Positions 1 through 9,294 of a DNA stretch of 64,000 nt are shown here, piece by piece. The notes below the pieces were generated by a model. That model was not told the origin of the DNA and searched no databases. It was given only the letters and a program-made list of their open reading frames with translations. This DNA is from Chamaesiphon sp. Lineage in GTDB: Bacteria > Cyanobacteriota > Cyanobacteriia > Cyanobacteriales > Chamaesiphonaceae. The stretch spans positions 160,001 to 224,000 of the forward strand of contig CBDFFH010000005.1 in the NCBI GenBank assembly GCA_965246715.1, given 5' to 3'. The translations under genes were made by a program, and so were the position numbers. Every line of letters starts with the position of its first letter. Position 1 is the first letter of the stretch.

Positions 1-713
1 ATCCGGTGTTACCTCGTGACGATCTGGACTATGCTGCTAACTTCCTCTACATGTTGACGGAAAAGGAACCAGATCCGATCGTGGCGAAAGTTATGGATGT
101 CTGTTTGATCCTCCATGCCGAGCATACGATGAATGCGTCTACTTTTTCGGCACGCGTTACTGCTTCGACGTTGACAGATCCCTATGCCGTTATTGCTTCG
201 GCGGTAGGTACGCTGGCTGGGCCACTTCACGGTGGTGCGAATGAGGAAACGATCCTGATGTTGAAAAAGATCGGTTCTGTGGCAAACGTGCGCCCTTACG
301 TAGAGCAATGTCTGGAGTTAGACCCCAAGTATAAGTTCATGGGTTTCGGGCATCGCGTTTACAAGGGTGTCAAAGATCCTCGGGCGATCGTGTTGCAAGA
401 TTTAGCCGAGCAACTATTTGCCAAATTTGGCTACGATCCTTACTATGATATCGCACTCGAACTAGAGAGCGTGCTAGAAGAATACCTCGGAACACGCGGA
501 ATTTATCCCAATGTGGATTACTATTCGGGGCTGGTCTACCGTAAAATGGGTATTCCTGCAGATTTATTTACGCCTGTGTTTGCGATCGCGCGAGTAGCTG
601 GTTGGTTGGCTCATTGGAACGAACAACTCCAAGAAAATCGCATCTTCCGTCCGACGCAAATCTATACTGGCGGGCATCAGCAACCGTATACACACATTGG
701 CGAGCGAGTTTAG
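1..713 (+). CDS. gltA: citrate synthase (5' part outside window)
   Basis: Motifs LHAEHTMNASTF, GPLHGGANE, MGFGHRVYK and PNVDYYSG are typical of citrate synthase. Confidence 0.95.
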   Translation, partial: PVLPRDDLDYAANFLYMLTEKEPDPIVAKVMDVCLILHAEHTMNASTFSARVTASTLTDPYAVIASAVGTLAGPLHGGANEETILMLKKIGSVANVRPYVEQCLELDPKYKFMGFGHRVYKGVKDPRAIVLQDLAEQLFAKFGYDPYYDIALELESVLEEYLGTRGIYPNVDYYSGLVYRKMGIPADLFTPVFAIARVAGWLAHWNEQLQENRIFRPTQIYTGGHQQPYTHIGERV

Positions 714-811
714 CCACTCATCCGTGCGCTCTTACCTTAAACTAACTTCGATAAGGGGCACCTACGCAACAATATGTTATGCGTCTAATCCCTAATCCCT
801 AATCTCTCTTT

Positions 812-1354
812 ATGCTCGCGAATAATCCCGTTCTCACATCCACTCTCATCCTTACCCTACTCTTAGCAGTAGGGTTGTTTTTCTTCATCCGGGCTTCGAC
901 CAAAGAGCGGATCGAACAAATGGTGCTCGAAACTGGCGATGCTGAGGAAATATTATTACCAAGACTGCAACAGTATTTTACCGATCGAGCCTACAAAGTC
1001 ACAGCAGTCGATCGAGATACCGAGATCGTTACTTTTGAAGGCTTAGTAAGTCCGAGTGTGTTTTTGGCATCGCTGCTGACGGGTTTGGCCGCGATTGGGG
1101 CTATGTGTCTGGCGCTGGTGTTATCGATGCTCTTTCCCGATATCGGCAACCTATTCCTGTTATTGCTAGTTGTGGCACCTATCGCTGGGTGGTTTTACTG
1201 GCAAGGCTCATCGCGGATCGAACAAATTCGCCTCAAAGTAGAAGCGCCGTCGGGTGAGGGTGCGCCGACGGCCATTAAAATTAGCGGTCATCGGGATGAG
1301 TTGGCAGTATTTCAAGAAACACTGCAATTATGTGTCCGCGACGAGATAAAATGA
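812..1354 (+). CDS. ccb1: cofactor assembly of complex C subunit B (CCB1/DUF3529-like) membrane protein
   Basis: STLILTLLLAVGLFFFIRASTKER N-terminus, three TM segments and a C-terminal GHRDEL motif. Confidence 0.8.
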   Translation: MLANNPVLTSTLILTLLLAVGLFFFIRASTKERIEQMVLETGDAEEILLPRLQQYFTDRAYKVTAVDRDTEIVTFEGLVSPSVFLASLLTGLAAIGAMCLALVLSMLFPDIGNLFLLLLVVAPIAGWFYWQGSSRIEQIRLKVEAPSGEGAPTAIKISGHRDELAVFQETLQLCVRDEIK

Positions 1355-1360
1355 AAAAAC

Positions 1361-1384
1361 ACTCGAATACATCAGTATTCGAGT
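1361..1384. terminator. hairpin between convergent genes
   Basis: ACTCGAATAC-atca-GTATTCGAGT, a 10-bp stem lying between stops at 1354 (+) and 1430 (-). Confidence 0.5.
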
Positions 1385-1429
1385 GCATCTCTATGTAAAA
1401 TGTAGATTTTAGCCAGTAAATCGCTGAAA

Positions 1430-1753
1430 TTAGTAGGTACTGCTGCCAACAGCCGCTAATTGACTTTCTGATTCTGGTTCTAAAGATCGCAGACTGGGAA
1501 ACAGGAAATGGTTCTCTTCGACGTATTGTGCGCCGAATAGACCTTTCTCCGCCCAAAAATAGCGATCGGTTGTATGTTCGTTACGTTTCACTAGCAATAA
1601 GGCTGGTGGAGCGATGCCTTCAGACAAGATATATTTGCGCGCTGCCGTCACAGGTTTATCTTCGCCACTTTCGATGCTGAACTGGGGCACCTGCTCCAAA
1701 ATTCTCCGACCTTCTTGCCGTCTCCGACTTTTCCGTTTGCGTCTTCTAGCCAA
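1430..1753 (-). CDS. conserved cyanobacterial protein (DUF3155-like)
   Basis: ARRRKRKSRRRQEGRRILE...NEHTTDRYFWAEKGLFGAQY. Start moved to TTG at 1753, which follows a GAGGAGG RBS. Confidence 0.8.
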   Translation of the reverse strand: MARRRKRKSRRRQEGRRILEQVPQFSIESGEDKPVTAARKYILSEGIAPPALLLVKRNEHTTDRYFWAEKGLFGAQYVEENHFLFPSLRSLEPESESQLAAVGSSTY

Positions 1754-2088
1754 CCGCCTTACCTCCTCTCTGGTGCAGACAGATGTAATGTCTGTTACAA
1801 AAGCCGTCGCCATTCTATCCGCTTCGTTTCAAAAACTCAACCCCTCTCTAAATACCCTCCTCATCCGCTCAAACCCAATAATATAAAGAAAAACTAAATT
1901 TTCACTGGGTATTTTGCCCCAGATAATTTTACATATTTTTAATATTCGCAATAAAATTTAATATAATCTTCAGAACCACTTTCATGACTGCACTCGATCT
2001 CGCCAATTGATGTCGATCGTGCCAGAATGAGTTAACAGTGGACTGTTTACCGTCTACTGGCGATCGTGAAATTGTCACTGCTCAACTG

Positions 2089-3432
2089 ATGTCTACCGCT
2101 GCAAGTCCTGAATTCATAGATTTATGTCGCGCGCAGTTACGGCTGCTAGCCGAAGGTTTGGGTGCGAGCCGCAGCATTGTCTATCTGACAGAAGAACTAG
2201 AAGGGGGTGGCACGTCAAAATTATTACCAGCGATTGTCTACCCCGATACTGAGGTCACCCGCTCGAAGCCAACACCACAGATCGCTCCCCAGCCCATCGA
2301 GCTGATACCACAGCCTGCGGCCGAACCGATTCTCCTTAACGAGCAGCAGATCTCCACCCTAGCGCCCTCTACGCTGTCAGAGATGGATGAGCGCGATTTA
2401 CACCCAGAAGAGCACAACAGTCGCATTCAGATTGTCTTACCCTTGGTTTATGATGGGACGATCGTCGGCTTGCTAATGACGACACGAGAAGCCCATCCTT
2501 GGAATACTGTAGAACGGGCAGAAATCCAACATATCGCTCAAACTCTGGCTTTGGCAGGGATTTTGGATCTACGCCGCCAGTGGATGGCAACCGAACTCCA
2601 ACACCAGCAGCAACGGCAACTCCAGCAACGCGATTTATTGCATAATCTCCTCCATCAACTTCGCAATCCATTAACCGCGATTCGGACATTTGGCAAGCTC
2701 TTACTCAAGCGTCTCAATCCCGAAGATCGAGATCGATCGATCGCCAGTAGTATCGTCCGTGAAAGCGACAGATTGCAGGAACTATTACAACATTTAGAAA
2801 TTGCGATCGATCTCAATCTAGTGACTGATGGAGAAGACGATGCCACTAGCTTCAAAAAACTGCCCGCTACCCCTACCCCAGAAGGATCGCGAAATGCTAA
2901 TTTATTACTTCCCGATGCTGCTTTCCGGGTCGAATCTTGTCAATTAGCAGATGTTCTTAGTCCTCTAATTCTCTCGGCCGAAGCGATCTCCCAAGATCGA
3001 AATTTAAAATTTCACGCCCATATCCCGCCGAATTTACCATTAGTCCAAGCTCATCCAATCGCCTTACAAGAAGTATTGAGCAATTTAATCGACAATGCCT
3101 TGAAATACACTCCCGCTGGTGGCGATGTCGATGTCGATGTCGAACTGAGTGAAGTTCCCAATCGATCGCGCCGCAAACCTACACCAGCCACCATCCAAAT
3201 TAGCGTCAGAGACACAGGGATGGGAATTCCGCCGCAGGATTTAGAACAGCTATTTACCCGCCACTATCGTGGCGTTCAGGCGCAGGGGAATATTGTGGGG
3301 ACTGGATTGGGACTGGCGATCGCCAAGGAATTAGTGACGCATATGAATGGCAAAATCGAAGCGATCAGTCCACCACCTGGCAGCAAGCGAGGTACCGAAT
3401 TTATTCTGTCGCTACCATTAGTCAAGAGTTAG
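2089..3432 (+). CDS. GAF-domain sensor histidine kinase (Hik2/CSK-like)
   Basis: H-box LLHQLRNPLTAIRTFGKLL, N-box NLIDNALKYT, G boxes DTGMGI and GTGLGL, and an N-terminal GAF region (EFIDLCRAQL). ATG at 2089. Confidence 0.85.
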   Translation: MSTAASPEFIDLCRAQLRLLAEGLGASRSIVYLTEELEGGGTSKLLPAIVYPDTEVTRSKPTPQIAPQPIELIPQPAAEPILLNEQQISTLAPSTLSEMDERDLHPEEHNSRIQIVLPLVYDGTIVGLLMTTREAHPWNTVERAEIQHIAQTLALAGILDLRRQWMATELQHQQQRQLQQRDLLHNLLHQLRNPLTAIRTFGKLLLKRLNPEDRDRSIASSIVRESDRLQELLQHLEIAIDLNLVTDGEDDATSFKKLPATPTPEGSRNANLLLPDAAFRVESCQLADVLSPLILSAEAISQDRNLKFHAHIPPNLPLVQAHPIALQEVLSNLIDNALKYTPAGGDVDVDVELSEVPNRSRRKPTPATIQISVRDTGMGIPPQDLEQLFTRHYRGVQAQGNIVGTGLGLAIAKELVTHMNGKIEAISPPPGSKRGTEFILSLPLVKS

Positions 3433-3686
3433 CACATTCCCGTAAATATATATCCCGATCGATGAATGAAATCGCTAAATTCGGCTCGTCTTTGGCCGCT
3501 AATAGTTGACTGTTTTTGAGAAATACTGAAGGTCGAAGGGCAATAATTCAATTTATCTCAATACAAAAAATCACTGGCGATTGTTATTTAACAAATACTC
3601 ATTTAGATAGATGAAAAGTAGGTGCGATCTTTTTTATAACTAATGTATAGAACAGTGTAATTAGTTACAAATAAACAGAAAATAAT

Positions 3687-4622
3687 ATGTCTCTCCACAA
3701 AATTAAAGATTTCGATCCCGATTACGCAGACCATTTTGACGAAGATGTCATCGGACTAGATTTGTACAGCGGCAATGAAAAAGTCGGTTCTGTAGACGAT
3801 ATTCTCGTTGACGAGAATGGGAGCTTTCGTTATTTTGTCATTCACACTGGAGCCTGGATTTTAGGCAAGAAAACACTCTTACCGATCGGTCGCGCGCGGG
3901 TCGCTACCAACGAGCGGCGGGTTTATGTAGACGGACTGAGCAAATCGCAAATCGAAAGCTTGCCAGAATACAACGAGCATAGCACTGTGGATTACGATCG
4001 CGAGGAACTGACTCGGCAAGCCTACCGTTCGCCGTCAACTGCTGGCGTAGCAGCTGGAGCCGGAATGGGTGCGATGACTGGCTCGATGGCCACAGACGTG
4101 CCGCCTCCAGGCATGACAGCAGTAGATACTACCACCACGACTCATGGTGTGCCACAGGATCTACCTGCAATCGCTCGTCGCGATGATTATAGCTACGATC
4201 GGGAGCCGGATTTATACGATCTCAATCATAGCGATCGTCAAACCCTCAAATTGTATGAAGAGCGCTTAATCGCTAATAAGACCCGTCAGAAAACAGGTGA
4301 AGTGTCGATCGGCAAACGTGTCGAAACTGAGACGACAAACGTATCTGTGCCGATCGAAAAAGAACGTGTCACGATCGAGCGCACCCCAGGCAACGGTCAA
4401 GCAGTCACGCCTGGTGAAGCTAATTTCCAAGCGGGCGAAGTCGCACGGATGGAGATTTACGAAGAAACGCCAGATATCCACAAAGAAGCCTTCGTTCGGG
4501 AAGAGGTCAGCATTCGTAAAGAAGTCGATCGCGAGACCGTAGAAGCCCATGAGGAACTGCGCCGTGAAGAGCTAGATGTCAATAAAGAAGGCCGGACGAT
4601 CGACGAGCGGAACATTGCATAG
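3687..4622 (+). CDS. PRC-barrel + DUF2382 (YsnF/AvaK) protein
   Basis: KVGSVDDILVDENGSFRYFVI (PRC barrel) and LKLYEERLIANK...REEVSIRKE (DUF2382). Confidence 0.85.
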   Translation: MSLHKIKDFDPDYADHFDEDVIGLDLYSGNEKVGSVDDILVDENGSFRYFVIHTGAWILGKKTLLPIGRARVATNERRVYVDGLSKSQIESLPEYNEHSTVDYDREELTRQAYRSPSTAGVAAGAGMGAMTGSMATDVPPPGMTAVDTTTTTHGVPQDLPAIARRDDYSYDREPDLYDLNHSDRQTLKLYEERLIANKTRQKTGEVSIGKRVETETTNVSVPIEKERVTIERTPGNGQAVTPGEANFQAGEVARMEIYEETPDIHKEAFVREEVSIRKEVDRETVEAHEELRREELDVNKEGRTIDERNIA

Positions 4623-4752
4623 CATTCTGAGGCTAGAGCAACATAACTCGACTCAACCGTGCCAATTTTTACCCGAGCAACCGATCGGCAGAGTGCTGCG
4701 CCGCTCTGTCCGATCCATCATTTAAAATCGCTTGCAGATCGGGATCGATAAT

Positions 4753-5877
4753 GTGAAAAAATTTCCAAACATCGGCGGGTCGCTAGCCTATATCGTACTG
4801 ATACTAACTCTAAGTACGATTCCTCAACTAGTTACCATCCCAACTTGGGCGCAAGCTGCGCCTACTAATCCTAACGCTCCAACCGACACTCCCATGCCCG
4901 TTCGGAACGACACGCCAAATAATAATGCTCTTTGGTGGCTGCTATTGATTCCTGCGGGCGGACTGTTATGGGCGCTGTCGAGATCGTCGCGGCGGCAATC
5001 CACTGTCGAGCCAACCATTCCCGCTCCAAGTATCCCCAGCAGTCCGGTAAATTCAGTCGACCCAGTACTTTTAGATGGGAGAGCGCCTCAGAGCCTACAG
5101 CTGGATGCAGTGACGGTAATGGGGAGGAGTCCCCAAGTGGTTTCCGATGTTGTGCCGATCGCGCCGATAGAGCAGCCACTTCTGGACGAGGGCGCAACTC
5201 AGCCTGCAAGCGGTGAAGGACGCACGATCGGCAGCAATGGTCGAGAGCGAGTTTCCGAAGTACCATTCGCTCCGGTAGAGTCACTACCCGTGGCCGACAG
5301 CACACCTCGGTTGGCGAGCGTGACAGAACGCACGCTAGTCAGCCAGAGCCATCAACAACTGCCAGAACTACGACTCGACCAGCGCCTGAGTAATGACCTG
5401 GCAGAGCGGCAGCCAGCTGCACAGGTTCGGTTGCTGGAAGAACGGCTAGTCGTCGATCTGCACAAACGCAAAGTCGGCGAGGTCATCGTCCGCAAGGAAA
5501 TCGAGACTCGGATCGTCCAAGTCCCAATTCGCCGCGAGATCTTGATTGTGGAGCAGGTTAATCCAGAGTTCAAGCGACTGGCCGTTGTCGACCTGGGACA
5601 ACTGCCTGACGATGCAGTAACAGCGAGCGCTGAAGGCCTCGAACTAGCGCCTACCGTTGCGGCAAGTTTCACTTCTCCCCACGCTGCAATCGAGTTTCTG
5701 AAGTCGATCTCCGATCGGTCGAACGATGGTTCGCACGAGTTGCAAATGAACATCGTGCTAAAAGATGCTGATGCCCAGGCATTCTATCGGGAATGGCTAA
5801 AACATCATGCGGCAACTAACGATGCGATTGGTGGTGGCTCCACCAGATTTGAGGACGATATTCGATCGATCGACTAG
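4753..5877 (+). CDS. membrane-anchored DUF2382 protein
   Basis: Signal-like N-terminus, WWLLLIPAGGLLW TM segment, and VRLLEERLVVD...VGEVIVRKEIETR. Start uncertain (TTG 4732 or GTG 4753). Confidence 0.7.
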   Translation: MKKFPNIGGSLAYIVLILTLSTIPQLVTIPTWAQAAPTNPNAPTDTPMPVRNDTPNNNALWWLLLIPAGGLLWALSRSSRRQSTVEPTIPAPSIPSSPVNSVDPVLLDGRAPQSLQLDAVTVMGRSPQVVSDVVPIAPIEQPLLDEGATQPASGEGRTIGSNGRERVSEVPFAPVESLPVADSTPRLASVTERTLVSQSHQQLPELRLDQRLSNDLAERQPAAQVRLLEERLVVDLHKRKVGEVIVRKEIETRIVQVPIRREILIVEQVNPEFKRLAVVDLGQLPDDAVTASAEGLELAPTVAASFTSPHAAIEFLKSISDRSNDGSHELQMNIVLKDADAQAFYREWLKHHAATNDAIGGGSTRFEDDIRSID

Positions 5878-5920
5878 AGTTGCGCTCATATTCATTCACA
5901 TTTTATTAGGAGTGATTTCC

Positions 5921-6370
5921 ATGAATTTTTCTCGTCGCTTCCGGCAAAGTTTAGCCACGTTGCTGTTAATTTGCGTTTTAGTTTTTACAACTGCATGTGG
6001 TAGCAATACCGCGACTCGATCGCCCCAATCGAGCGCGCCCACCAAACTCGATCGCAGCATCGGTTACGGTCAACTATCGCGCGGTAACTCAGATGTCGGT
6101 CAAGACTTTGCAAACTGGGCAGTTGAAGCCAGTAAGGGCTTAATTAAAGATGCCTTTGTCCGCGATGATAACAAATTAGGTGCAGTCATCTCGCCACAGG
6201 TGCGCCCGACTGAAGTAAAAGATCTGGCCCAATCGTTGACTCAAGGCTTTCGGAAAAACTTCCCCGATCGCGATCTCACCGTGTTGATGTATGCGCCAGA
6301 TAAGCAACTGATTTTGACAGCGAAATATGATACTCAGTCAAAGCAAGTTGAGTATAAAGCAGCGACCTAA
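5921..6370 (+). CDS. conserved cyanobacterial lipoprotein
   Basis: AGGAG RBS before ATG 5921 and a lipobox-like TTAC/GS. Confidence 0.75.
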   Translation: MNFSRRFRQSLATLLLICVLVFTTACGSNTATRSPQSSAPTKLDRSIGYGQLSRGNSDVGQDFANWAVEASKGLIKDAFVRDDNKLGAVISPQVRPTEVKDLAQSLTQGFRKNFPDRDLTVLMYAPDKQLILTAKYDTQSKQVEYKAAT

Positions 6371-6429
6371 AAACGGTTGGCGATCGAGTAAATTTTCCAA
6401 TCAATTAATTTTAGTGAGGGATAACCGCA

Positions 6430-6942
6430 ATGTCTAGCAGTGATGACTACAAACGCCAAGCTCTGAAAGATTTAGCAGGTGGCGACAAAGAGATCTTACC
6501 CGACGATTCGAGTACCGACTATCAAAACTTTGATGATTTTGCCCAACGTTCTTCGCGGGAGGAGCGGCACGGACTATTTAGTAAATCGTTGACTCCAGAT
6601 CGGGTGCCGACGAGCCAAATGGAACCAGAACTCCAAAAAGCGATCGCTCAAATTAAACCTGACGAACGCGATGATGTCGCTCGCGACTTCTTTAGTCAGC
6701 TCAAAAAACGCGGATTGCACGATCGGGATTTAGAAAAACAATTGGGTTTGTCCAGTCACGATCCTAAACGAATGAGTGCCGATGATGTGAGTAAATTAGC
6801 GGCATTTACTTATCACAATCACCCCGATCTGTTCCATGAAGTCCTTGCAGATCGACCTGCTTTGGTTAATTTCCTCAGTAATCCAATGGTTGGAGCTGCT
6901 TTGGGCGCGATCGCTGCTAAGTGGATGGGCGGACATAAATAG
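6430..6942 (+). CDS. conserved hypothetical protein
   Basis: 170-aa ORF with a GAGG RBS, followed by a terminator. Confidence 0.7.
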   Translation: MSSSDDYKRQALKDLAGGDKEILPDDSSTDYQNFDDFAQRSSREERHGLFSKSLTPDRVPTSQMEPELQKAIAQIKPDERDDVARDFFSQLKKRGLHDRDLEKQLGLSSHDPKRMSADDVSKLAAFTYHNHPDLFHEVLADRPALVNFLSNPMVGAALGAIAAKWMGGHK

Positions 6943-6963
6943 ATTCGATCGAGTTCGATAACA

Positions 6964-7001
6964 AAAAATGGGTTGGAGCCAAAAGGTTCCAACCCATTTT
7001 T
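6964..7001. terminator. intrinsic terminator (possibly bidirectional)
   Basis: AAAAATGGGTTGGA...TCCAACCCATTTTT stem with T tails on both strands. Confidence 0.75.
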
Positions 7002-7107
7002 GGCTATCAAATAATAGATTTAATGCTTGAATACTAACGAATGAATTCGCGCCTAAGCGATCGAAGTCCACCTGTCTCGCTCTAGCCGCGATTTTAATCG
7101 CCGAGCT

Positions 7108-7842
7108 ATGATTAATTCAGACAGGAAAGCTACTAACAATTCCCATCTCGCTAATATGCCGATCGATCCCCTCAGCGATGCTAAAATTATCGACTCCTGG
7201 CACAAAAACGCTGCTCCCTGGATCGTAGCGATTCAGGAACATCAAATCGAAAGTCGCAACCTCGTAACCAATGGCGCGATCGTCGATGCTGTCGTTAGTT
7301 GTGGCGGTAGCAGAGTACTCGATATCGGCTGTGGAGAAGGTTGGCTGACGCGAGAATTAAGCTTGCAAGGAATGCAGGTATTAGGAGTAGATATCGTTCC
7401 CAAATTAATCGATCGAGCGCAGCTAAATGTTAGCGATGCTCGATTTAAAGTGCTTTCCTATGAAGAGATTGTGGCTGGTAAATTAGCCGAAAAATTTGAT
7501 GTAGCGGTTGCTAATTTTTCCTTATTAGGTGATAAGTCGGTGACGAGTTTATTTCAATCGATGCGATCGATTCTCAATCCTCAAGGTAGATTTATCGTTC
7601 AAACAATGCATCCCGCGATCGCCTGTGGATCTCCACCTTATCTAGATGGCTGGCGATCGGGTTCTTGGGCTGGTTTCAGTCCCGATTTTACCGATCCAGC
7701 CCCTTGGTATTTTCGGACATTAACAACCTGGATAAATTTGTATATCTCAAATGGATTCAGCTTAGTAGAATTTCGCGAACCACTTCATCCATACACGGGT
7801 AAACCTGCATCGGCGATATTTATTGGTATATTACAGAACTAA
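7108..7842 (+). CDS. class I SAM-dependent methyltransferase
   Basis: Motif I VLDIGCGEG and GVD motif II. Confidence 0.85.
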   Translation: MINSDRKATNNSHLANMPIDPLSDAKIIDSWHKNAAPWIVAIQEHQIESRNLVTNGAIVDAVVSCGGSRVLDIGCGEGWLTRELSLQGMQVLGVDIVPKLIDRAQLNVSDARFKVLSYEEIVAGKLAEKFDVAVANFSLLGDKSVTSLFQSMRSILNPQGRFIVQTMHPAIACGSPPYLDGWRSGSWAGFSPDFTDPAPWYFRTLTTWINLYISNGFSLVEFREPLHPYTGKPASAIFIGILQN

Positions 7843-7921
7843 TCGGATTTGTCCGGATCTTGGGGCTAAAGCAATGAATATAGTTTTATAAACTGCTTGA
7901 AACTAGATTGAGAAGTTCGCA

Positions 7922-8176
7922 ATGACTCGTAAAAATGACGTTAACAATCCTTCTAAGCGATATCAGAATCAGGCTAACTCTGAATATTTAGCATATCTCG
8001 ATAACTTACAAGAATTTTCAGTTCAGCTTAGCTATATTTCCTCGCTGACATCTGTCGGCAAGTTATCGGTAGATGAATCCTACACACAAGTTAAGCAATT
8101 ATGGAAAACATTATCGTTAAGTAGGCAACAGTTAGAATTTGGCTTACCACCAATCGATCCAACCGACTTCAACTAG
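7922..8176 (+). CDS. small conserved cyanobacterial protein
   Basis: NLQEFSVQLSYISSL..GKLS..ESY.QVKQLWK.L pattern. Confidence 0.65.
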   Translation: MTRKNDVNNPSKRYQNQANSEYLAYLDNLQEFSVQLSYISSLTSVGKLSVDESYTQVKQLWKTLSLSRQQLEFGLPPIDPTDFN

Positions 8177-8231
8177 CACCGATGTGCAAAATTTTTCCGC
8201 GTGCACTAACTCAACGCTCGAGCCAACAATG

Positions 8232-8259
8232 AAAGCCGTCAAATTACTTTGACGGCTTT
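8232..8259. terminator. bidirectional hairpin terminator
   Basis: AAAGCCGTCAAA-ttac-TTTGACGGCTTT between convergent genes. Confidence 0.7.
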
Positions 8260-8285
8260 GCCACATCTGATTCACATCCAATTTT

Positions 8286-8813
8286 TTACTCAGCAGTAGC
8301 GCGAACGCACCAGGATAGCAACATCGCGGTAATACCTAATTTACTTGCTTCCAATACCCAGTAAATCGAATGCATCCGATCCATTGCCGCCGGAATCGAT
8401 TTGACTGTGGCAAAGATATCGAGATCTACACCTAAGCCACTCATGTAAGGAGTGAGGAAGAAAGTGTAGCTCAAGGCGATCGCGATTAGCATCACTGTAC
8501 CTGCAAGCATTTCCCGTTTGGCGTAGACACCACGAGCGATCTTACTCAAAGCCCAAATACTACTCAGCGCCGCCGCCGCACAGACTAATTCTACCCGATT
8601 GAAAACCCAAAAAATACTATAACTAGCCGAAGCAAACCCACTGCTCTGCATCATCCCAGTCATCCACAACATCGGCATGACGAGGAGATCTAAAACCAAA
8701 CTACCACTCAACCAAAAACCCAGACTACCAATAGCGATATTTTGCCATTGTTTGGAAGGGGTATTGGCTACGGAGAATCTATTGCTGTCTCCACCATTAA
8801 ATGCCTGCGTCAT
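8286..8813 (-). CDS. DUF4149/TMEM205-like membrane protein
   Basis: Four TM helices, with F..FNRVEL and M..MH.IYW.LE motifs. Confidence 0.7.
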   Translation of the reverse strand: MTQAFNGGDSNRFSVANTPSKQWQNIAIGSLGFWLSGSLVLDLLVMPMLWMTGMMQSSGFASASYSIFWVFNRVELVCAAAALSSIWALSKIARGVYAKREMLAGTVMLIAIALSYTFFLTPYMSGLGVDLDIFATVKSIPAAMDRMHSIYWVLEASKLGITAMLLSWCVRATAE

Positions 8814-8922
8814 GTTGTTTGCCTCTTACAGTAGATCCTCAACTATTCAGGATAACTTATGGGACTAATAAGTAGTACTAATTTTTGTGTCATTTGGGAT
8901 TGCTATTTGGGGATAAATTAGT

Positions 8923-9052
8923 TAACCCAAGTTGCTACCCATAACCAAAGCGGTTAGAAACCGCTCCTCAGATTGCAAAGTCCGCCTTCGCGGACTTTGC
9001 ACCATTAGCCACGATTTCAATCGTAGGCATTTCTAGGTAGCAACTTAGGTTA
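8923..9052. mobile_element. MITE-like element, family A (copy 1)
   Basis: Terminal inverted repeat TAACCCAAGTTGCTACC...GGTAGCAACTTAGGTTA. Internal GTCCGCCTTCGCGGAC and CACGATTTCAATCGT hairpins. Inverted relative to the copies at 40036 and 41409. Confidence 0.8.
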
Positions 9053-9271
9053 GTTAACCACTGCCTCCAGATATCGCTCTTCCATCAGATACGAAGCCCG
9101 ATCGAATTTTACGACCCAATAATTACCCGGCTTGTGATCGGTAATCAGTCCCGTCTCGCCGACCGCAAGCAAGTTGGGTGGGCGCAACATGGGCATTGGC
9201 TCCGCTGTTTTGAGATAAGCAGGTAGTGCAACCAGCTTAATCGTGGTACCAATGTTAAATTCTTGAGACAT
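9050..9271 (-). CDS. sipA: NblS-interacting regulatory protein SipA (DUF3148)
   Basis: LPAYLKTAEPMPMLRPP signature in a 73-aa protein. Confidence 0.85.
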   Translation of the reverse strand: MSQEFNIGTTIKLVALPAYLKTAEPMPMLRPPNLLAVGETGLITDHKPGNYWVVKFDRASYLMEERYLEAVVN

Positions 9272-9294
9272 AACTTATATTTAGTTGTTATTTA

